Source: Eledone cirrhosa (lineage: Eukaryota). Taken from it: a stretch of 64,000 nucleotides of DNA. The notes below the pieces were generated by a model. It did not search any database and was not told the DNA's origin. It saw only the letters and a list, made by a program, of their open reading frames with translations. Location of the stretch: contig OZ024742.1 in the NCBI GenBank assembly GCA_964016885.1, forward strand, positions 326,244,001 through 326,308,000, given 5' to 3'. Made by a program: the position numbers and the translations under genes. Below, one piece after another: positions 53,455-64,000 of the stretch (within the stretch, counting starts at the first letter, position 1; every line of letters starts with the position of its first letter).

Positions 53455-53722
53455 AAAATGGGGGTTTTTAAATTGAAAAACGATATATCCTAAACGAGTG
53501 AAAGTATAAGGAAAAGAAATCGAAAAGGCAACTGGAGTCTTTTTAAGAATATTTATTTGCTTCCTTTACCAGTTTCACAGTTATTATGATTTTCAGATGC
53601 GAGAAAAAGCACAAACCCTCCATCTGAATTCTACTTTTGAAAAGCGTAACAATTGTGAAACTGGTAGAGGAAACAAATAAATATTCTTAAAAAGACTCCA
53701 GTTACATTTTCGATTTCTTTAT
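53450..53722 (-). mobile_element. Mirror arm + tail insertion with half-HHR
   Basis: Inverted repeat about 53513-53580 / 53653-53720 containing GAAAC-TG-GTA. Confidence 0.6.
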
Positions 53723-54040
53723 ATATATATATATATATATAACAGAGATAGATAGAATGAGGTAGCAAGATAAATAGGTAGATATATGGATAGATAAATA
53801 AATAGAGAAAGGTGGTGAGGGAGGAAGAGAACGAAAATGTATTCTTAAGATACGAACCAAAGCATATGGTTATGTAAATATTAGTTTATATAAGAGAACA
53901 CACTGCATTTGAAATAGCGGCATTACTAATGCATAAAATTGCATAAAAATTCAAAACATGCTGTAAATATAGTGAATAGAATGTAAAACTAAGAAATACT
54001 GAATCCAATATAAGTGTGTGTAGGTGTGGGTGGATGTGGG

Positions 54041-54080
<40 letters not shown>

Positions 54081-54345
54081 AGTGTGTGTTATGTGTGTGT
54101 GTTGTGTGTGTGTTTCTGATTTTGTAATATGTGTCTACGTGTCTACCTATATCTGCATGTTTCGTATGTTGCATTTGTTTTGTAACTCATTCTTTCTCTC
54201 TCTCTTTACTTTCTGTTCCCTCTCGTACTATATACAAGAGTTTGTGTCGGTGTGGGGTGGGGCGATTAGAAGGTCGTGACAACTTCTAACTGTTAACTAC
54301 AACCAAGATATTGTTGATATAATATTTAAGGCTGGTCAGCACAGA

Positions 54346-54531
54346 TAATAATTGTTTCTACTTTGGGCACAAAGCCAGCAAACAACCAGTGAATTACTGG
54401 TACTCTGTTTTATCGACCCCGTAAGGATGAAAGGCAAAGTTAACCGCGGCGGGATTTAAACTCAGAATGGCAAGGGCCGTAACTCTATGCATCAAAGCAT
54501 GACGTCCGACCTTCTACCGATACTGCCAATC
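54346..54531 (-). mobile_element. SINE
   Basis: Reverse-complement core. Confidence 0.9.
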
Positions 54532-54641
54532 ATCGTAGTTATGCTGGGAGTTTGACGTAGGCTTCAGTCATGCTCTTATTAATGAGGTGGGACATAAAGA
54601 ATAGGCACGCATGATATGGAGGTATCTACAATTAGTTGGAA

Positions 54642-56000
54642 ATGAAGATGAGCCATAATACTTTCATTGTTGCACATTTTTCTTCCGTATTTTATTTGTC
54701 ACAGGAAATATTTTCTTTATACCCCAACATTTCATGTTCACAATGAAAAATATCATATAACAATGATGTCACATATTTTCTACTGTAGATGGCAATACAG
54801 AAATATTAATGAAATAGCAAATGGCCATATTAGGAACTATAAATGTACGAAAATCAAAAGCATCAAACGAGGAATATTCTTTGGTAACAATAGTATTCAG
54901 TCTTCGGAAACGAAGTAATTGATGTGTTTTTATGGATACTTGAAGCACCAATAATTTCTTGTGGAGTACTTATAGAAGTAAGTTCTGCAAGTGAAATTCA
55001 ATAGTATTATTTTTTCAGTGAAATAACATCAAGGAAGCTTCTTTTTTTTTTAAACCGATGATGAGCTTGAACGAGGTAGTACCGAAGCGCAATCGAATGG
55101 GTCAATTCTCTTTAAAGGAAAAGGGAAACATTGTACAAAAGTTCACCAATTATAAGTCTTTGAAATGATTAAGGGAAAACAGTAGGAAGAAGAGATATCT
55201 GAGATATGTTAATAGTTCGATACCAATAGCTTAGCAATGTACAGGGTCACGGTGATTTTGTGAATGTTGTAATTGCAATTACAGCACGTACATCAATTGG
55301 TTTAGCTGAAAACCTACAAGGCTGTATTCCATAGGAGATTTCGTGGGTGTTTTAATGAGAGGAACCTCGGTCCCATCAATCATCGAATTGTGCGCATGTA
55401 ACAGGAGAGTTTTACTGAATTATATTCCATAAATAAACATCAGGATTTCATTTATCCTATGACTGGTGTATATGCAGCCATTCTGAAAGCAGGAGTTATT
55501 GAAGTGAAATGACGTGGGTTCATTTAGATGAATGTTTATGTAGGTATCAAGGTATCAGTTTGATTTGTCAACTGCAATACCACTACAGAGCTCCGATGTT
55601 TTTCTGAGTCGTTTCACGATGCGATATCATGGTTAGAAAAGTGTTGGTAACTATTAAAAAGGAAAAGATTACGTAATGAAAGAATTTCAAAGAAACAAAA
55701 TCACTTTCTGTTGAGGGATTCTTAAAATAGGCAGGTTGCATGAGATAACCTTGACCTTAAATTATAAGTCCTGCTGAATCAAAGCTATTGATATAACAAA
55801 AATAAATTCACATAACACACACACACACACATACACACACACACATGTATATATATATATAGGTTATAAAAACAAAGTTTCATACACTTAACATGTATCT
55901 GCTATCATTTGTTTCGGGAATCACTCATGGCCACCACTGTATAATGAAGGAGGCATTATACTTTAAACTGCTCCTTCATTGAGTCAAGTGGACATATATA

Positions 56001-56033
<33 letters not shown>

Positions 56034-56360
56034 GAGCACTGAGCCCCCAGAAATTGAAATCGAGTTGACTAATCAATTAATTTGAACATTCGTTAATGAA
56101 ATCATATCTCGCTTATTTAGTCTTGGTAGCTATTTCTATACATCAAGCGTAATGAATTTAGGCTCAACCTCATTTGCATACCCGTGCAATGTAAGCATTA
56201 TTAACAGAGGCATAAACACATTGTATTATAATTAATGATATGATATGTCTCATAAACATTTCCAAGCTTTTGCTTCTCGGTTATACAGTTAATTAATACA
56301 CATGACCTACTTTGCATTGCTATGTAAATAAGGTCAAAGCTATACTGATTCCGCTGATAT
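54642..56360 (+). pseudogene. Heavily decayed Toll-like receptor-like gene (signal peptide, LRR, LRR-CT, TIR)
   Basis: Ordered remnants: MKMSHNTFIVAHFSSVFYL; EL*MYEN/IKSIKRGIFFGNNSIQS; FKPMMSLNEV..RNRM; CNCNYSTYINWF (55268); DVFLS/FHDAISWLEK (55595); KSYLAYLVL; NEFRLNL (56151); KHIVL*LM. Many stops and frameshifts. Confidence 0.5.
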
Positions 56361-56564
56361 TATCTATATATACTGATACCTAATTTACCTCGAAATTCAG
56401 GGATGATTTTGCGATAGATATAACGAAAACACTGATTTAAAGTATTTTTCAAGATTAACACATAACAAAACTTTTGTGAAATTATATGGCGAGATTAAAT
56501 GCGATATTTAAATCGAATAACATGTGTCGTAGAAGATCAGGCCTATAGTAACAGAGTGTTTAAG

Positions 56565-56606
<42 letters not shown>

Positions 56607-56904
56607 GTAATAATAATAAATTTGAAGACTAAAATCCAAAGAGGGCTCGATAAGGATAAATATATATCAAATATATAAGAACCGTAGAGCAAATATTTAT
56701 TAAAATAAGAGATTATTCGTTTTTTCCCGTTCTTTGCCAGCGAACGTTTCCACGAACCAAAGTATCGTCTTCCTGTCTTCCTCCGGTTGCAACGTTTTTT
56801 AAAATATCCAGTTCTGCGTTTACAGATTGACTTTGTTAGTTTCAGAAGATCCCGTTAAGGGTGAAAGCAGCGATTCTTTGCTTAAACTTTAATCTGTTAT
56901 TTTA

Positions 56905-56975
<71 letters not shown>

Positions 56976-57365
56976 ATAAGGTGCCCATAGGACTAAAACA
57001 ATGTAAAAAAACAACAGAGAGACGGAGAATCCCATCTGTTCAGACAAACTCAGGAAATCACTACGGTATCAGTATAATTAAGGGCATTAACGTTCATTCC
57101 AGTGCACATTGGGACGTAACAAGACAGGTAGAGACAAGTTATGCCTTCAGACAAACTAGACAAATAAGAGTGTGCAAGGGCTTAGCCAAAGGAGAAAAAT
57201 TATAGAAAGAGAAATGAGAGACAGTAAAACAGAAGAGAATAAGAACTGTAGTCCAAATGTATGTATGTATATATTACCATTTGTACTGCCTCTCTGTTTT
57301 TTGCTCCTGTCCAATATTTAACTATATACATATATATATATATATATATATGTCTCTCTCTCTCA

Positions 57366-57455
<90 letters not shown>

Positions 57456-57572
57456 AACAACATAAGATGATTATTTCATTTACCAGTGGTTTCTTGAAAG
57501 CAAATAAATCTGCTTTCAGTCGTCAGAATGAAAAATCGTGGCGTTTTTATTGAATGTGGATTTGAAAAAAAC

Positions 57573-57623
<51 letters not shown>

Positions 57624-57697
57624 GAAAATAGAGAAATTAATGTGAGCAAGAAGCCAACAATATTTCATAATATATAAGTGACTATAACGTCAAGATG

Positions 57698-57783
<86 letters not shown>

Positions 57784-58377
57784 GTGTGTGTGTGTAGATA
57801 AATTTCTTTATTAGCCACAGGGGCACAAAAGAAGGGGTAAATGGGGAGTTTACATACAGGTATATGAAAATAAAACTATTAATAAAATAACAAATAACAA
57901 TTGATATCCCCAACAGGGGGGGGGGGGGCGTTACACAGGGGTTGTACACACTCCGATATGTAGATAGATAGAAAGAGATGCATACAGACAGCGTGGCAGG
58001 CAGACTCACACATATGTGTATACTTGTATATTTATACAAACGCATCAATATAAATATTCCTTGTACACCCAGTAACCCACATACAAAGATACACACATAC
58101 CCAGTCATCAAGAAACATACACTCCACATGACAAATCTTTCTCTATATTTTACAAACATTTCATTTCCTCTCGGTTCCCAGATTTATACTGACCTCCGCC
58201 CACACACGGCAACATAATAATCCACTTCACTCTCACCACCACCACCCATACTACTACAACAACAACTACTACTACTACTACCACTACTGCTGCTGCAGAA
58301 GTAATATAATGCCCTTCACCGTTACAAGCAGCAGAGGAAATCCCCGTTTTAACTACAAATGACACTGTTGCCGCTCA

Positions 58378-58420
<43 letters not shown>

Positions 58421-58565
58421 GCTGCTGCCGCTGCTACTACTACTACTGCTGCTGCTACCACTGCTGCTGCTGCTACTACTACAACTACTGTTGCTGTTAC
58501 TCCTGCTACTACTACTACCACTACTACTACTACTACTACTACTAATACTACTACTATTACTGCTG

Positions 58566-58636
<71 letters not shown>

Positions 58637-58785
58637 ACTGCTGCTGCTGCTGCTACTACTACTACTACTATTGCTGCTACTACTACTACTACTACTACTA
58701 CTACTGCTGCTGTTGCTACTGCTACTACTACTACTGCTGCTGTTGCTACTGCTACTACTACTACTACTACTAATACTACTATCTC
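58378..58785. repeat. (CTA/CTG)n trinucleotide array
   Basis: Direct inspection. Confidence 0.95.
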
Positions 58786-58811
58786 TGCAGTTGCTAACAA
58801 TACTATAACTA

Positions 58812-58993
58812 CTAATAATTGTTTCTACTTTAGGCACAAGGCCAGAAATTACATAGTGCATTACTGGTACTTTATTTTATCGACGCCGTAAGGGTGAAAG
58901 GCAAAGTCAACCTCAGCGGGATTTGAACTCAGATCGTAAAGGGACGTAACTATGCTGGAAAGCATGGCGTCCGACCCTCTACCGATACTGCCA
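58812..58993 (-). mobile_element. SINE
   Basis: Reverse-complement core. Confidence 0.9.
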
Positions 58994-59478
58994 TAATAAT
59001 AATAATATTATAGTACTACTAATACTCTTACTACGACTACTGCTGCTGCTAATTCTATGTATACTATTGCCGCGTCCACCATTGCTATCAACAGTTTCAG
59101 TTTATCACGGGCTTCTATTACTGCTCTTATCATCATAGCTTCATAACGAAGAAACCACAGCCATGATAAACACCAACACTACCCCCAACAAGACATACAG
59201 CGCCAAACACCACTAACATACATTTACACAATGTTTTAATCCATCCATAGGCCTTTATTTCCTGCTGGAAATGTAGGGACACATTTAAACCTGGTGTAGC
59301 CTATCCATCTCTATGGCTGAAATCATTTGATTTCTTTCAGAGCAAAATTGAAAGTCAATAAAGAAATGGCGATAGCCGAATAAAAGGGCCTAATACTTGA
59401 ATGGCTCTATATTTATTGACCATGCTGAGAAATATAATGCATCTTAGATGTTGCAATTCCATATGTAAACCTCTTATA

Positions 59479-59661
59479 GATTGGCAGTATCGGTAGAGGG
59501 TAGGCGTCATGCTTTTCAGCATGGAGTTATGTCCCTTTACGATTCGAGTTCAAATCCCGTCAAGATTAACTTTGCCTTTCATCCTTACGGTGTCTATAAA
59601 ATAAAGTATCAATAATACACTGGAGTAATTGCTGGCCTTGTGCCAAAAGTGGAAACAATTA
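59479..59661 (+). mobile_element. SINE
   Basis: Core match. Confidence 0.9.
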
Positions 59662-60119
59662 ACTTACTGTGGTGAGGTTCGTCCGCTATCACTGAGGAGA
59701 AAACATACCACTACTATGAATTTCACAATAATCACTAACAATATCACCAGAATCAGATTTCTACACAATAAATAGACAACAATTTTAATGTCAAGGCCGA
59801 CGTTTCCGGGACTGAAGAGCTTGTGAGAATGTATCAAATCTTAGAAAAGTAATATATCTTAAATATTTAAAATTCGTGTGTATGGAATTTATATTATTTA
59901 ATACTTTCCGGTTTCATACGAGGATTCATCAATGGATGTTTTCAAATTTGAAAATGTATAAAAACTTGTCTGAGACAGGACTTCCTTCCTAGGGCTATAA
60001 GCTGTCGTTTCATCGCTAGTGAGAGTAAGAGGTTGAACAAAACTATAACAATGGATTGATGATCGAGCAATACCCTGGTAAAGGAAATTTATTAGATGGA
60101 CACTGCGTGGAAGTGCGTC

Positions 60120-60157
<38 letters not shown>

Positions 60158-60162
<5 letters not shown>

Positions 60163-60760
60163 TGAGAAGAATGGAATGCTGCGTGGTTGCACATGGGTTA
60201 CATATGAATAAAATTAGTCCTTCATCAGTGATTTTCCAACCTTCATTGGTATTTCATCGCTTTAAAAATCATATACCTCTAGTTGGTGCGAGCAATAGCT
60301 AAATAAAGCTATTGGGACAAGTAAAATAGCGCGAAGCGAGCGAAACATGTAAACAAACAAACATGGTATTGCAACGGAAAGATAAGAAGAAACAAGTACA
60401 TGATATCTATTAAGCTTAAGCTTGGTGAATTCATGGACGAGAGAGATATACAGACCATCCGACATGGGTGAGGTGTGAGCGAGAAAAGGATTTCATAAAG
60501 GTCAAACGGGAGGAAATGAGAGGGTGAGTGAGAAGCAGAGAGTGAGTGAGTGGAAGTGTGAGGAAGAGGCCAATCGAGAGAGAGTGTGACTGACAGAGGG
60601 GGTAAAAGAAGGTGAGAGATACAGAGAGAGGAGTAAGAAAGAAAGAAACAATCGCAGCTGAGGAAAAAATATAAATATGAGAAGAATGGAGTGTTGCGTG
60701 ATGGCACATGGGTTACATATAAATAACATTAGTCTTTTATCAGTGATTTTCCAACCTTCT
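60158..60760 (-). mobile_element. Non-coding element (about 515-bp unit, partial tandem), family B; relative at 36085-36400
   Basis: TATGAGAAGAATGGA.TG.TGCGTG.T.GCACATGGGTTACATAT at 60161 and 60676. Confidence 0.7.
60219..60286 (-). ncRNA. Candidate non-circularly permuted hammerhead ribozyme, family B
   Basis: CCAAC-TAGA-GGTAT-A-TGATTTT-TAAAGCGAT-GAA-ATACC-AATGAAG-GTTGG-AAAATCA-CTGATGA-AGG. Confidence 0.65.
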
Positions 60761-60764
60761 AGGC

Positions 60765-60993
<229 letters not shown>

Positions 60994-61074
60994 CTGCAAA
61001 TTTAGACGGGAACAAAACAGAGAGGCAGAGAAATAAAGGTTTATTAGGTTCACGCTCTTGAGAGTGAGGGAGGG

Positions 61075-61106
61075 GACGTTTCGGGCATACGCCCTTCTTC
61101 AGGAGT
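61075..61106 (-). ncRNA. Hammerhead core (stem I partner not evident)
   Basis: CTGAAGA-A-GGGC-GTAT-GCCC-GAAAC-GTC. Confidence 0.55.
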
Positions 61107-61602
61107 AAATAGGTTAGGAAGAGAGTTCCGAGGGTGTGTGGAAATACATTTAGAATAAAGGGGGAAGGAGAACAAATAAAAATTAAAATAAACGTAAAAA
61201 TAAACGTAAGAATAAACAATAAGATGAACAAGTGGTGGAAGGTTGTGAGGCGTGTAAGGGTGGTGGCAGGTGGAGTTGGGCGAGGGAGGCGGGGGGTAAG
61301 TGACATAGTCACTAATTTAAAAATGATAGTGCAAGGTCTTCAAAATATTTTTTTTTAAATTAAACATACGGTATATTGCCAAATACAGTATACATACATT
61401 CATATATATATATATATATTTCGGCAAAAGAAGGGAGAGAAGCTAACAGAGTGTGTTTCACACTTTTGGTGATCACCGCCTTTGCCGAAAATCATAGAAG
61501 CTGGATTCTTATAGAATTCCAGTAATAATCAGGAGCTGATTATACAGAGCGATTGCCGGTCCAGCAAAATTAACTAATCGACAGAGAGAAAGAGAAAGAG
61601 AA

Positions 61603-61697
<95 letters not shown>

Positions 61698-62798
61698 GGG
61701 AGAAGGGGAGGGAAGAGTAAGATGTGTATATGATAATCAGTTCAAGTTTTACTGCTATGTAAATATGGTTGACTGTGGATAAAGTTCTGTGCTGCCATTC
61801 TTCTGTGTGCAGTTTGACCAATTCCCATGACCTTAGTGTGCAATGATGAGAACAGTGTAAGTAATGGTAGGGCGGTCAAAGTTCGGGACTTCTATCAAAA
61901 ACCCCAACACATTATAATGCCTATAAAAGCTGTTAAGTTTAATAATACCTATTGTGAATAGAGTCATGTCTTACAGTTTATAAATCACATGCGAATATAA
62001 ATTAATCGCATATTCTTATATTCATTTTTTTTATTTTTTTTATTAATGTTTACCCATTATTATGGAGTTGTACTTATCTTACAAGTAACATGATCGGAGA
62101 CAGACTTCAAACGAGGAAGGTCATTTTAGTTATTACAATACACAAAAAATGTTATATTTACTTTTTATGTATCATTCAATTACGGCTTTCAGTCGCATTC
62201 TGAAGAGTTTCAACTATATTTACCATTTCATTCAAGTTCAATTATTCACTAATCACATTCAAAATATCAGCTGGCCACCAATACCGAATTTATATGAGTT
62301 TTAAACCTGTAGCTAGATACATAAACAAAGAATCATTGTGAAATGGCGGAATTGAGGGTAGCAGAGCTTTAGAGTAGTGCTGAACACCTTCGTTCTGCAT
62401 CTATTCAATTTTTCCATTTCCAGGTGAAATTTATTTGATAAATTCATTAACATATGCCAGCCCACCAACAATTAGCAATTTGTATTGGAGCTCTGAAATA
62501 GCGATGTACGTATTGCATATTTAATAATATACTGTATGTTTATTTAAGAATCCAGCTTCTACAGCTTCTACATCTCACAGCAAAAACAAAGAGGCATATA
62601 TAAGCACGAAGACAGCTTAACAGCGAGAAACGTGTCGCTTATATCCCTTTGTTTTGCTGAAGCAAGGTATGTGACTTTAGTCACAACCTTAAATTCATAA
62701 CCAAAGGCATTCAAAATGTTGTTAAATAAACATACAGTATATTATTGAATATACGATATGTATATTCATAAATATATATATATATGAATATACATATC

Positions 62799-62836
<38 letters not shown>

Positions 62837-63172
62837 GATCGAGTATCGAAAAATCGGCGCACGAGTTCACGATAAACAATATTCGAAATGAGCGGCAGAG
62901 GGCTCAATAATTCAGATGAATCAGAGCTATAACTATCGTTAAAATACCGTCACACATAGAACAAGTCTAAAATCAACCATACGATAAAAAATCGATAATA
63001 GAAGATTCGGGACAAACAGATAAAAGATATCAATAAAACAATACATCAATAATTTAATATATATATATATATAAGAGATGTCAACATGAATGGACCTGTT
63101 AATTTTATCTAAAGACATTTTTTCTAATTCCAACCCGCCCATCCTCTCAATCTATCTTATTTCTCATTCTTT

Positions 63173-63205
63173 CTTCTGATGAAGGACTAGCGTCCGAAAC
63201 GTTCT
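63173..63205 (+). ncRNA. Minimal hammerhead core (diverged inverted relative at 63424-63460)
   Basis: CTGATGA-A-GGAC-TAGC-GTCC-GAAAC-GTT; palindromic AACGTT. Confidence 0.65.
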
Positions 63206-63310
63206 TTGAGACCCTCTTCCTGTTATATCAAGCGTTACCCTAATATATCCTTTCCAAATACTGTACCGATTTTGTTGTTATTTCTGTTAACCTTTTACAC
63301 ACACACACAC

Positions 63311-63349
<39 letters not shown>

Positions 63350-63527
63350 AAATGGAAACAGAAATAACAAAGCAAATTAAGAAATATATTATTAGTTTTA
63401 CGCTTGATATAGTTGGAAAATGGTCTTAACGTTTCGGACGCTAGTCCTCCATCAGAACTTATAATGAGAAAAGAAAGAAGAAATGGTAAGATTGAAGACA
63501 CAGGCAAGACGGAAAAAATATACGTAT

Positions 63528-63634
<107 letters not shown>

Positions 63635-63939
63635 TATATATAAATATATATCTTATTTTAATAAATACCGAAGATTTATCGTTATCTCTTAACTCCATTA
63701 TGAACTATGAACATATTTACAGCAGCAACAACAATAACTACAGTGAGAACAACAAAGGCAAAAGATGTGGTTGATATTAAATTGTGCATTTTTTTTAGAA
63801 TTACTGGAATACTTTCAAGAATTATGAAAACGTTCTTTGATTTTGTTTTCTTAAAAACCATTATTCGTGTTCGTATTATTAATGCCTCTGTTTTCGCTGT
63901 TAATATACATTATAGCAAACTTTACCCAACACCCACCCG

Positions 63940-63990
<51 letters not shown>

Positions 63991-64000
63991 AGAACATATA

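Overview
Eukaryotic, AT-rich, microsatellite-saturated genomic DNA, most likely from an octopod cephalopod, judged from abundant octopus-type tRNA-derived SINEs and (TA)n/(CA)n/(GA)n/(TACA)n arrays. I see no intact host gene, and nearly all ORFs in the supplied track are translated microsatellites. Identifiable content: (1) many Penelope-like element (PLE) insertions in (TA)n, including two with GIY-YIG coding sequence (9.3-14.2 kb, young; 41.2-42.4 kb, inverted) and more than a dozen short non-coding relatives; (2) about ten hammerhead ribozyme (HHR) cores; (3) decayed CRE, RTE and Tx1/L1-like LINE pieces, SINEs and MITEs; (4) heavily decayed host-like coding remnants (LDLa exons and two LRR/Toll-like receptor-like pseudogenes). 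The most notable signals are three. Two unrelated non-coding repeat families carry hammerhead cores in a non-circularly permuted, pseudoknotted strand order with covarying stems. A covarying bulged hairpin (RCUC-stem-loop-UY-GAGY) is shared by the 3' tails of about nine PLE-like families. A recurrent 'mirror arm + fixed tail' insertion structure has its fold-back points at ribozyme hairpins. All structures were read by eye, and boundaries are approximate unless stated.
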